A DNA stretch of 35,455 bases, taken from IMG/VR virus record IMGVR_UViG_3300046779_001625, positions 1-35,455 of that record, one strand, 5' to 3'. Positions 9,869 through 19,049 of the stretch are shown one piece after another. This stretch comes from a virus (taxonomy: Duplodnaviria > Caudoviricetes). The notes under the pieces were generated by a model, which saw only the letters and a program-made list of their open reading frames with translations, had not been told where the DNA came from and ran no database searches. Position 1 is the stretch's first letter, and every line of letters starts with the position of its first letter. A program made the translations under genes and the position numbers.

Positions 9869-10468
9869 ATGAAACAACTACGTGAATATCTAGCTGAAAG
9901 CACCAGAACATACGATTACCGCATCAAAGTCTGCGGTGATGTGCCTCCGGGATTCTTTGCCGAACTCAAAGACAAGCTTGCTCAATTTGATGTAGAGAAA
10001 ATGAGTGATACAAAGACAACACCAGTTTTACCTTTGCCAACTGATTTTCCCAACTATAAAAACGAACGTGTGAGCTTTGTTGATGTAAGCTTCAGATACC
10101 CAGCAATTGAACCACAGATCAAACAAATTGCACAACTGCTGCAATTGGATCCTAATCGTATTGTCATGCATACCGAATCATATACTGACAGTATGGGTCA
10201 AGAGTATGAACAAATTGATGCAGAAAATAAAGGTCTATTAACTGACACTGATTTTCCAGCACCAAACAAAGAACAAAAAGCACTGAGCAAAGATTACTCA
10301 GCCGATGCACACGATCACGCAGTGTTAAAAAATTCTTATCGTAGTCAGTTTGCAGTTGCCGGCGGCAAAACATCACCAGCTGAAACCACTAACGATTTAC
10401 CACAGGGCAAATCAAGTCCTGTGAGCGGCAAAAATAAATTGCCGGCTGTAAAATCTTTTGCGAGATAA
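9869..10468 (+). CDS. Putative internal head protein
   Basis: N-terminus MKQLREYLAE resembles the T4 capsid-targeting sequence; TAAATA at 9846-9851. Confidence 0.55.
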   Translation: MKQLREYLAESTRTYDYRIKVCGDVPPGFFAELKDKLAQFDVEKMSDTKTTPVLPLPTDFPNYKNERVSFVDVSFRYPAIEPQIKQIAQLLQLDPNRIVMHTESYTDSMGQEYEQIDAENKGLLTDTDFPAPNKEQKALSKDYSADAHDHAVLKNSYRSQFAVAGGKTSPAETTNDLPQGKSSPVSGKNKLPAVKSFAR

Positions 10469-10471
10469 ACC

Positions 10472-12715
10472 ATGAACCACATGAACATGTATGACATATT
10501 AAACAAATTTCGAGCTCTTGCTGATAATCCAGCAACTGCCGCTGCCGCCGAACAAGTAGAAAAACTCAACGGTGTCAAAAAAGATCGACTAGATGAAAAA
10601 TATCAAGGCTTCGAAAAAACAGTCAAGGCTGTGGCCAAGAATCCCAAAGTCAAAGACCCTGAAGCTGTTGCCGCAGCAATTGGTCGCGAAAAGTACGGCA
10701 AAGAAAAATTTCAAAAAGCCGCTGCTGCTGGTAAGAAACTAGGCGAAGGCGAGATGGATGAAAGTGGCCTACAGGCTTACCTGGGTAAAAAGAAATACGG
10801 CAAAGAAGGTATGGCAGCATTACAAAAAGCCGGCCGCGATGGCGCCAGCAAAGAAAAAATGGCCAAGATTCGTGCTCGTCATGACAAGATGGATGAAGGT
10901 AAACCAGACTTTCTTGATCTTGACAAAGATGGTGACAAAAAAGAGCCAATGAAAAAAGCCGCACAAGACGCAAAGAAACACAAAAAAGAACAAGTTAACG
11001 AACTAAGCCCAGACACACTAAGCAGTTATGCCGACAAGGCAAGAGGTCAGCGTAACTGGGCTGCTGGCAGAGCAATGTCCGCACAGCAAGGTAACAAATC
11101 AGCTGATCCGCAAGGTAAGTTTAACAGACTATGGGATAAGAGAGCCGCAGGATATAACCAGGCAGTGGCAAAAGGTGCTACAGATATTGATAAAACTCGG
11201 GGATTACAAAGTAAAGGTGGGCCTGCATCAAGCTGGAACTGGAGCAAAGATGCAACTCCAGCAGCATTGCAAAGAGACAAAGGCATGGCGGAAGGCGAAA
11301 ACCAAACTTGTATGGAATGTGGTATGTACGAGGAGGAATGCAATTGCACTCACGAAGGTTATATGCCAGCTGAAGAAGGTAATGCGTTTTCAGGTGCTGT
11401 AGCCAAGGCCAAAGCCAACGGCATTCAACGAGGCGAAAAAATTTCAGTGGGCGGTAAACAGTATCCTCTCAAAGAAAAACTGTCTGTTCGTGGACGTAAA
11501 AAGTTTGCAGCGTTAGCGCCACCCAAAGATAAAATTACTTTTGCAGACAAGATTGCTGGTGCCAAAAAAGAAGTTGACGAAATGCTAGGCGACGTAGCTG
11601 CCGAAGCACTCAAGGGCGCAGTCAAAGGCGTTAAGAAAAAAGTCGAAGGCAAAGGACCATGGCCCGGTACATCAGAGTACAAATCTAAATTTGGTGAGCC
11701 TGGTATGAAGAAGGGCGAAAAGAAATCTTCAAGCTCAGGCGGTGAAATTGAAAAAACTGCCAAAGGCATCAAACATACCGCTCGGGATCGCAGCGAAGAG
11801 CCAGATACTGACGAACCAAAATCAGGCGAAAAGCGCAGTCGTGGTCGTCCCAAGAAATACGGAGATGACAAACCACGTCAAGAACGCGAAACTGCAAAGT
11901 CACGCAAGAAGGATCGTACTGCACACGGACAAGCAGGATTCAAAGCCGACAAGAAAAAAGACAAAAAAGAAGTTGATGAAAAAGCAGTAAGCAAAAAGCA
12001 GCAACGCTTTATGGGCATGGTTCATGCTACGCAAAAAGGCGAGAAAGCTCCTAGTGCAGCAGTTTCTAAAGTTGCAAAGTCAATGGGCAAGAAAGATGCC
12101 AAGGACTTTGCTTCAACAAAGCACAAAGGCTTGCCAGAAAAAGTCAAGTCAAAGAAAAAAGAAGAGTCTGTTGAAGAAACTACAACTTCAGGTTCAGTTG
12201 CTCCTGGAGCAGCAAAGCCAGCAAAGTCAAGTGGTATGCAGTTTGGTAAAGGCATTTACGATAGTATCAATCGTGAACTTGAAAAGCTAATTGCCGAGGG
12301 TATGACTATCAACATGACTCAGTCAACTGAAGGTGGCAAGCAAATGTATGTCACAGCCACAGACGAAGATGTTGATAGACTAGCTGATTTGTTAAAAATG
12401 TCTGGCATTGAACGTTCAGAACCAGAAATGTCAATGGGTCCAGAAATGGGCAGCAATATTGAAGTTGTTGCGGTTGATGATTTTGCCGATGAAGGTCCAA
12501 TGTCAGGGGAGATGGATGAGAACGCACCGGACTGGCCCACAAATGACCAATTCAGCAACAATGCTCTGCAGTATTCAGGCGGTCTAAACAAACCAAAATC
12601 AACTGGTCAAACTACTGCACCAGTACTCAACAGAGACAAACGTCGTCAAGGTGACAACATGGATGCCATGTTAGAATCCCGACTACGTGCAATGTTAGCT
12701 CAGGAAAAGCGATGA
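10472..12715 (+). CDS. Large Lys/Ala/Glu-rich putative internal head (core) protein
   Basis: 747 aa, low complexity, recurrent hydrophobic-x-E sites, AT-hook-like, EF-hand-like and DUF3008-like segments. Confidence 0.6.
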   Translation: MNHMNMYDILNKFRALADNPATAAAAEQVEKLNGVKKDRLDEKYQGFEKTVKAVAKNPKVKDPEAVAAAIGREKYGKEKFQKAAAAGKKLGEGEMDESGLQAYLGKKKYGKEGMAALQKAGRDGASKEKMAKIRARHDKMDEGKPDFLDLDKDGDKKEPMKKAAQDAKKHKKEQVNELSPDTLSSYADKARGQRNWAAGRAMSAQQGNKSADPQGKFNRLWDKRAAGYNQAVAKGATDIDKTRGLQSKGGPASSWNWSKDATPAALQRDKGMAEGENQTCMECGMYEEECNCTHEGYMPAEEGNAFSGAVAKAKANGIQRGEKISVGGKQYPLKEKLSVRGRKKFAALAPPKDKITFADKIAGAKKEVDEMLGDVAAEALKGAVKGVKKKVEGKGPWPGTSEYKSKFGEPGMKKGEKKSSSSGGEIEKTAKGIKHTARDRSEEPDTDEPKSGEKRSRGRPKKYGDDKPRQERETAKSRKKDRTAHGQAGFKADKKKDKKEVDEKAVSKKQQRFMGMVHATQKGEKAPSAAVSKVAKSMGKKDAKDFASTKHKGLPEKVKSKKKEESVEETTTSGSVAPGAAKPAKSSGMQFGKGIYDSINRELEKLIAEGMTINMTQSTEGGKQMYVTATDEDVDRLADLLKMSGIERSEPEMSMGPEMGSNIEVVAVDDFADEGPMSGEMDENAPDWPTNDQFSNNALQYSGGLNKPKSTGQTTAPVLNRDKRRQGDNMDAMLESRLRAMLAQEKR

Positions 12716-13440
12716 AATCATTTCGCGAATATCTAGAAGAATCCACTCAGGCCGCAGACAATCCTGTGGCCGGGGATACTTTTGCCATTAACATTCGCGA
12801 AGAATGTTTGTTGGAAACTTATGTGTTAGAATCCACAGGTGATGACATTGTTCTCTATGCCGACGACAAATTATATGAAACAATGAAAGCATATGGTTAC
12901 ATTGGTGAGAAAACCATAGACATTGATGGTACACCTATGAATCAGTATGATTTTGACACTGAAGAAGAAATTGGTGAAGAAACACACATGGGACCGGATC
13001 CCAGTGAATACGATCAAGAAGGCGACATGGCCAAGGATGATTTGGAGACAATCATCAGAGCTGCACGTAGATTAACTGGCATGTTGGATGACAATGAAAA
13101 TATGCCTGAGTGGGTACAGAGTAAAATTAACAAAGCAGCTGATTATGTTGATACCGCGGCTGATTACATTGAAAGCAATGAAGACGAAGTTGAAGTCGAC
13201 GAAGCCGAATATCAAGGACGCGAAGTTCAATTGAACAAGCCCATGGCCGGTGACATTAAAAAATCCAAAGTCTATGTTAAAAATCCACAGGGCAATGTTG
13301 TCAAGGTAAACTTTGGTGACCCCGATATGAAGATCAAAAAATCAAATCCTGCACGTCGACGAAGTTTTCGTGCAAGACACCACTGTGAAAACCCAGGACC
13401 CAAACACAAGGCTCGTTATTGGAGTTGCCGCGCCTGGTAA
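12712..13440 (+). CDS. Putative internal head protein with basic C-terminal domain
   Basis: MKSFREYLEE N-terminus; helical PEWVQSKINKAADY segment; C-terminal KVYVKNP.GNVVKVNFGDP...RRSFRARH.C...KARYWSC, recalled from T4-like phages. Confidence 0.65.
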   Translation: MKSFREYLEESTQAADNPVAGDTFAINIREECLLETYVLESTGDDIVLYADDKLYETMKAYGYIGEKTIDIDGTPMNQYDFDTEEEIGEETHMGPDPSEYDQEGDMAKDDLETIIRAARRLTGMLDDNENMPEWVQSKINKAADYVDTAADYIESNEDEVEVDEAEYQGREVQLNKPMAGDIKKSKVYVKNPQGNVVKVNFGDPDMKIKKSNPARRRSFRARHHCENPGPKHKARYWSCRAW

Positions 13441-13454
13441 TTAAAGGATAAAAA

Positions 13455-13751
13455 ATGTCAAGTCAAGCAAATGTTTATAGCGGCGCAATAGCCAATGTTC
13501 AGTGGTACACTGACAAAGCCAGAATTGATACCAGTACCAATTCAGTTACCTACCAAGTCAACATTGCCAATCTAGCTAACGCCGGCGTCACAGCCAACAC
13601 CATTTACAGCAATGCTGTGGTAGTTCCTGCCAACAATCGCATGACAGTGTTTGTTGGTGTAGGAAACTTCTTAACCATTGTTGGCGGTAACGCCACTGTG
13701 CAAGAAGTAGGCACAGCAAGCTCAGGAAGCAAGTCTGTACAGGCCCTATAA
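13455..13751 (+). CDS. Small beta-rich hypothetical protein, possibly virion
   Basis: 98 aa rich in V/N/T/A/G; AAGGA SD. Confidence 0.55.
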   Translation: MSSQANVYSGAIANVQWYTDKARIDTSTNSVTYQVNIANLANAGVTANTIYSNAVVVPANNRMTVFVGVGNFLTIVGGNATVQEVGTASSGSKSVQAL

Positions 13752-14119
13752 TGAGAGCACATGAGTTTGTTGCTGAAGATCGTGGTCGTCCTACTAAAAG
13801 ACAAAAACAGTCTAGTCGGGGGTTAAACACCTTTTGGGATAAATCAAGAACTGACAGCGATTACACAATGAATCGTGTGATGATGGCCGCAGCATCAACT
13901 GACGGAACATTTGTGCCTGAAATCAATAATCTAAGTTGGGCTGGCAATGATCGTACTGCTCATCCTTACACCAAACAAGAACAAGATATGTTGGAAAAAG
14001 CCTATAAAGCCGTGGGTGCGGGGCATATGGATCTTAACAAGGGTGATTTACGAAGTATGGAATTAGATACCACTAATAAAATCAGTCCAGTTAAAGCATT
14101 TAAGGGATATGCACGATGA
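13751..14119 (+). CDS. Putative internal head protein (paralog A)
   Basis: MRAHEFVAE N-terminus; C-terminus SPVKAFKGY. Confidence 0.6.
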   Translation: MRAHEFVAEDRGRPTKRQKQSSRGLNTFWDKSRTDSDYTMNRVMMAAASTDGTFVPEINNLSWAGNDRTAHPYTKQEQDMLEKAYKAVGAGHMDLNKGDLRSMELDTTNKISPVKAFKGYAR

Positions 14120-14520
14120 GAGCACGTGAGTTTATTCGTGAGCAAAGTGAGTTACCTGACGAATATCGCGATCCCATGCGTCAGACCTATATCATACCCG
14201 GCTTGAGTTCAGCAGATCCTTATAAAAATTATCGTTTTGGTGTGGCCATGGCACGAGCACGAGCCGACTATGCAAAAAAATTAAATCCTGCAAACAAAAA
14301 CATAGACCCATACACCCCTGAATGGACCGCAGAAACTGCTTTTGGTGAACATGGAGTAGTTGCTGGTTTTAATTCTGGTATCGCACCCGTTATTGATGCC
14401 GCACTTAAAATGACCAAGACACCTGGCGGTAAACGACTAGTGAGTACTCCCGAAAGTGACGAGCCTAATTTTGTCCCTATACAAAGTCCGGTCAAAGCAT
14501 TCCGGGGATACCCCAGGTAA
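14116..14520 (+). CDS. Putative internal head protein (paralog B)
   Basis: MRAREFIRE N-terminus; C-terminus SPVKAFRGY. Confidence 0.6.
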   Translation: MRAREFIREQSELPDEYRDPMRQTYIIPGLSSADPYKNYRFGVAMARARADYAKKLNPANKNIDPYTPEWTAETAFGEHGVVAGFNSGIAPVIDAALKMTKTPGGKRLVSTPESDEPNFVPIQSPVKAFRGYPR

Positions 14521-14540
14521 ATATCACAAGAGGTCAAAAT

Positions 14541-14921
14541 ATGCAAATCGCAGAACTACTAAGAAAACTAGCTGACATTGTTGACGGTCAAGGAGACCCT
14601 GGGCAACCAGACGAGCGAATTCAAAATCCAGCCGCACTTGGTCCAATTAATGTAGGTGCCGGAGTTGAACAACCACACAATAAAGATGTAGCAGCTGGGG
14701 AAGATCAAATGGTCCCGCCACTACAACTTAAATTAGAATTATTAAAACGTGCTGTGGGTGTTGACAATATCTACAACGACGAACGCAGCGACGAAGTTTG
14801 CGATGACCCACAGGCCGGCGAGAACATGGACGAATTAGATATCATTAAAAAACGTGCCGGTCTTGGCCCCGAAGCTGTTGTCATTAGCTCAATGACCGAT
14901 GATGAACCACTAGATGATTAA
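14541..14921 (+). CDS. Acidic hypothetical protein, possibly head-associated
   Basis: TAAATA at 14518-14523, GAGG SD, amphipathic N-terminal helix MQIAELLRKLADIVD. Confidence 0.6.
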   Translation: MQIAELLRKLADIVDGQGDPGQPDERIQNPAALGPINVGAGVEQPHNKDVAAGEDQMVPPLQLKLELLKRAVGVDNIYNDERSDEVCDDPQAGENMDELDIIKKRAGLGPEAVVISSMTDDEPLDD

Positions 14922-14932
14922 GGAGCTCTGCT

Positions 14933-16636
14933 GTGGGTAGTGTACAAAATTTCTTTACCAGCAGAGACAACAACACCGATCCCGCGACCTATGTTGGTCA
15001 ACTGGACCGATTATGGTACAATCCTGTAACAAATTCTATTTTTGTCAGTGATGGCTCAACTCCCGGCGGACGTCCAGTTGACCTGGCAACCGGCGCCAAC
15101 GCGGTTTTTAACAATCTAGTTGTAGTTGGCAATATTGCTGTCACCGGCAATATTTCTCCGGCATCAAATACAAAAATTGGCGGTGTCCGGGCCGGCCCAG
15201 GTGCAAACATCGGCACCGACGGTTTGTTGACCATTGACACTGCTGGATTACCACTGAGCTTTGGTGATTTTACTGCCAACAACAATATTCTTACTTTGGT
15301 CAATGTTGACCAAGACATGATTTTGGCCACACAAGGTTCTGCTGAAGTACAGTTGGTGGGTAATATTGGCTTTTATAAAACTGATGGTTTCCCGCCTAAT
15401 ATAGCCAATAGATATTTTCAAGCCAATGACGATGGACAAATTACTATGTTGGTGCCTGACTCTGACCCAGTATCAGGCGCAATTAAAATCATTGGTAGCG
15501 CATCAGGGAATTTTAGTCCTCCATTGAATACCGGTGTTATGTTGCAAATTACCGGACAAAACAATGATGCTAGTAGATTGTACAATGACAGCATAGGCAG
15601 TTTTGCAGCGTTTGTGGGACGCAGAATCAACGGTAATGTTAACGTGCCTACTGCTGTACAATCTGGCGACGAGATTATAAGAATTTCTAGCACAGGATAT
15701 GACGGCAATTCAATACCTGGTACAGCCACTGGTCGTATTGTGTTTCAGGCCATGGAAAATTACACAACTACTGCCAAAGGATCTAATGTAAGTATTTGGG
15801 CCGTAGGTGTTGGTTCTACCACGCTCAATAAAATTTCTACATTTGATGTGGCCAACGGTGTCAATGCTACAAAATTTACCACCGCAGGTACTGTATCAGC
15901 CACTGGTAACATCACCGGAGGCAACATCAACACTGGTGGCGATGCGGTAGTTACAGGCAATATCTCAGCCGGCAATGTCAACGGTTATGTTACTCTGCCA
16001 GCAGGAACCACCAGTGTGTCACCCTTGGTGTTTACCACTGGCAATGTCACTAACACTGCCAGTCCTGGTGCTTTCAACTACGATGGAAGAATTTTTTATG
16101 CAACACCTCAAAATCAAGAGCGCGGTCTTGTAAAAACACCACAGACGTATATTCTAAATGCAGATTATAATTTAACCAATCAAAGTACGATTCAAAGCAT
16201 GTTTGGAGTCAGTGTTGGACTGAGTTCTAACACTCGTTATGTGTACACAATTAATATTGTTGTTTATAAAACTGCCAATAACATCACAATGAGTTATGCT
16301 TCAAGTGGCAATGTGGTGTTGGCAAGACATTCCTATCAATCTACCTCCACTGCCAGTGCCACACTTGCAACCCTCAGTACACCTAGTGTGTTGAGAAATG
16401 TGCTGACTACGGGATTTAACACGCCAGTGGTTATAACCGCAGCACTCAATGGCACAGGATTTTACAGTCTGTATATAACCGGTCTATTAAATGTGACCAC
16501 CGGTGGAGTTTGGACTCCTGATATAGCATTTTCAGGATTGCCTGGAGACGGCAGTTTTGTTAGTGCTAGCAGTTCAATAGAAGTCTATCCTGTTGGTATT
16601 GGCAATACTGTTGTAAGTATTGGCAACTGGGCATAA
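14933..16636 (+). CDS. Fibre/appendage-like structural protein
   Basis: GTG start after AGGAG; G/T/N/S-rich; Mtd-N-like GQLDRLWYNP...FVSDGSTPGG; GNITGGNI/GNISAGNV repeats; beta-rich C-terminal domain. Confidence 0.65.
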   Translation: MGSVQNFFTSRDNNTDPATYVGQLDRLWYNPVTNSIFVSDGSTPGGRPVDLATGANAVFNNLVVVGNIAVTGNISPASNTKIGGVRAGPGANIGTDGLLTIDTAGLPLSFGDFTANNNILTLVNVDQDMILATQGSAEVQLVGNIGFYKTDGFPPNIANRYFQANDDGQITMLVPDSDPVSGAIKIIGSASGNFSPPLNTGVMLQITGQNNDASRLYNDSIGSFAAFVGRRINGNVNVPTAVQSGDEIIRISSTGYDGNSIPGTATGRIVFQAMENYTTTAKGSNVSIWAVGVGSTTLNKISTFDVANGVNATKFTTAGTVSATGNITGGNINTGGDAVVTGNISAGNVNGYVTLPAGTTSVSPLVFTTGNVTNTASPGAFNYDGRIFYATPQNQERGLVKTPQTYILNADYNLTNQSTIQSMFGVSVGLSSNTRYVYTINIVVYKTANNITMSYASSGNVVLARHSYQSTSTASATLATLSTPSVLRNVLTTGFNTPVVITAALNGTGFYSLYITGLLNVTTGGVWTPDIAFSGLPGDGSFVSASSSIEVYPVGIGNTVVSIGNWA

Positions 16637-16661
16637 TACCTTGCTTTTAAGATTAATTGAT

Positions 16662-17465
16662 ATGAAAAAACTTTTATTACTTGTGTTATCTCTACCATCT
16701 TTAGCAGCGGCATGGACTCAAAACCCACCGCTGCCAGTAGAAAAATGTCAAGTACACAATCCATATGGATTTCCACAAGCCAGCAAACCCGTAACACCAA
16801 TTTGTCGTCGTGCTTATTTCGTAGCATACGATGCTGCTGCTAAAATTCCCAACTATGTAACATACACACTAACACCAGCAAATGCCTTGGGATGTTGGCC
16901 ACGTACCAATGCGTTTGTTGCTGATGCAAGTGTGGCTAATGGACCTAGACCTGAAGATTATGCTGGCACAGGATATGACAAAGGTCATGCTGCACCAGAT
17001 GGTGATCTAAGTTGGGATCAACAAGTTGAATATGAATCATTCTTAATGACTAATATGTACCCACAACTAGGTGGACTTAATAGAGGTATTTGGAAATTAT
17101 TAGAAACAAGTGTACGTGGTTGGGCAGTACAAACTAACAACACTTACAACATCTATGTTGGTGCTATCTACAACACAGCCACAGACACGAAGATTGGCAA
17201 TGGTGTTGTAGTGCCTACTGGATTCTATAAAATTGTCATCAATCAAAATACACGGCAAATGGCCGGTTGGTATTTTCGGCATGAAGGTGGTCAAGGTAAC
17301 GACTTAACAAAAGTTCGTGCTAGTATCTCTGCTATACAACAAAAAGCCGGCGTTACTTTTGCTTTTCCAACCGGTGCAGTTGAACTACCGGTAGGCCAAG
17401 AATGGACAGTGGACTTTGGTGCATTAACTAACTCAAAACGTGCGAAGTGTGGTAAAGCTGGTTAA
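16662..17465 (+). CDS. Exported DNA/RNA non-specific endonuclease (NucA/EndA family)
   Basis: Start reassigned to MKKLLLLVLSLPSLAAA (signal peptide); YDKGHAAP (DRGH-like), SFLMTNMYPQ, LNRGIWKLLE, VPTGFYKIV. Confidence 0.88.
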   Translation: MKKLLLLVLSLPSLAAAWTQNPPLPVEKCQVHNPYGFPQASKPVTPICRRAYFVAYDAAAKIPNYVTYTLTPANALGCWPRTNAFVADASVANGPRPEDYAGTGYDKGHAAPDGDLSWDQQVEYESFLMTNMYPQLGGLNRGIWKLLETSVRGWAVQTNNTYNIYVGAIYNTATDTKIGNGVVVPTGFYKIVINQNTRQMAGWYFRHEGGQGNDLTKVRASISAIQQKAGVTFAFPTGAVELPVGQEWTVDFGALTNSKRAKCGKAG

Positions 17466-17473
17466 ATATCAGC

Positions 17474-19039
17474 ATGAGCACATTAGAAAACGTTCTAGTT
17501 AAAAAAGCGCATGCGCCTACTATTTTCAGCGAAGAACAAATTGACGAGTTTGTCAAATGCGCTGATCCCGTAAACGGGCCGTTTTACTTTTTAGATAACT
17601 TTTTTTACATACAGCATCCCACAAAAGGCCGGATGCTGTTACACCCGTTTGAGTATCAAAAGCGTTTAATTGACACTTACCACAACAATAGATTTAGCAT
17701 CTCGCTGATGCCTCGACAAACCGGTAAGTCAACTGTGGCAGCAGGATATCTACTTTGGTACGCAATGTTTATTCCGGATTCAACTATTTTAGTTGCAGCA
17801 CACAAATACTTGGGTGCGCAGGAAATCATGCAGCGTGTTCGTTATGGTTATGAATCCTGTCCTGATCACATACGTGCAGGTGTTGTAAGCTATAACAAAG
17901 GATCCTTGGATTTTGACAATGGATCACGTATTGTAAGTCAAACCACTACTGAAAATACCGGGCGAGGTATGTCTATTTCACTGCTTTACTGTGACGAATT
18001 TGCATTTGTTAGACCTACTATTGCCAAAGAGTTCTGGACTTCTATTAGTCCCACACTGGCAACCGGCGGTAAAGCGGTAATAACATCAACACCTAACAGT
18101 GACGAAGATCAGTTTGCTTACATTTGGAAAGGTGCCAACAAGTGCGAAGATGAATATGGCAATCCAACTCCGGTAGGCATCAACGGATTCCGAGCGTTTA
18201 GGGCTAAATGGCAAGAGCATCCAGATCGTGACGAGAAATGGGCCGAACAAATGCGAGCTCAACTTGGCGAAGAACGTTTTCGTCGAGAAATGGAATGCGA
18301 ATTTGTTATTGACGACGAAACTCTAATTTCAGCTATTAAGTTGTTGGATTTAGAAGGCCACGAACCCATACGAAAAACCGGACAAGTACGTTGGTATAAA
18401 GAAATTGATCGAAACAAAATTTACACAGTGGCACTAGATCCAAGCCTAGGCACTGGTGGAGATCCAGCTGCTATTCAAGTGTTTGAGGCCAACTCAACAG
18501 TTCAAGTTGCCGAGTGGCGTCATAATCTAACTGATATTCCAGGGCAAGTGCGTATCTTAGCTGGAATTATTGATGAAATACACGCAATAGTCAAAGATGA
18601 TCAAAGTGTATATTACAGTGTAGAAAACAACACCATTGGTGAGGCAGCTCTTATTAGCATAGCCGAATGGGGAGAAGAAAACATCAAAGGCTACTTTTTA
18701 AGTGACAACAGCGCCACTGGACAACGAAGAATACGCAAAGGATTTAATACCACAAACAAAACCAAATTAGCTGCGTGTTCAAAACTCAAAAATCTAGTAG
18801 AATCTGGACGTATGAAGATCAACAGTCGTAGTTTGGTTTCAGAATTAAAAACATTTGTAGCATCGGGTAATTCATATGCTGCTAAACTAGGAGAAACTGA
18901 TGATCTAGTCATGGCCACACTGCTTACAGTGCGTATGCTGCAAATTCTACAAGATTATCATGTAGAATTAGATGCCCAAATACGAGATCATGGCGATGTA
19001 ATGATCGAGCCCATGCCCTTTATCAGTCTAATGCGGTAA
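17474..19039 (+). CDS. terL: Terminase large subunit (gp17-like)
   Basis: Walker A PRQTGKST, Walker B LLYCDEFAF, ITSTPN, nuclease ALDPSLGTGGD, VENN, DDLVMA; TAAATA at 17463-17468. Confidence 0.95.
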   Translation: MSTLENVLVKKAHAPTIFSEEQIDEFVKCADPVNGPFYFLDNFFYIQHPTKGRMLLHPFEYQKRLIDTYHNNRFSISLMPRQTGKSTVAAGYLLWYAMFIPDSTILVAAHKYLGAQEIMQRVRYGYESCPDHIRAGVVSYNKGSLDFDNGSRIVSQTTTENTGRGMSISLLYCDEFAFVRPTIAKEFWTSISPTLATGGKAVITSTPNSDEDQFAYIWKGANKCEDEYGNPTPVGINGFRAFRAKWQEHPDRDEKWAEQMRAQLGEERFRREMECEFVIDDETLISAIKLLDLEGHEPIRKTGQVRWYKEIDRNKIYTVALDPSLGTGGDPAAIQVFEANSTVQVAEWRHNLTDIPGQVRILAGIIDEIHAIVKDDQSVYYSVENNTIGEAALISIAEWGEENIKGYFLSDNSATGQRRIRKGFNTTNKTKLAACSKLKNLVESGRMKINSRSLVSELKTFVASGNSYAAKLGETDDLVMATLLTVRMLQILQDYHVELDAQIRDHGDVMIEPMPFISLMR

Positions 19040-19049
19040 ATAATAAACT

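Noticed and set aside
14933-16636. Diversity-generating retroelement target, given the Mtd-N-like start
   Set aside because: No reverse transcriptase or template/variable repeat pair is visible in the window.
16620-16661. Listed upstream start of the nuclease ORF
   Set aside because: Overlaps the fibre gene; ATG 16662 gives a canonical signal peptide.
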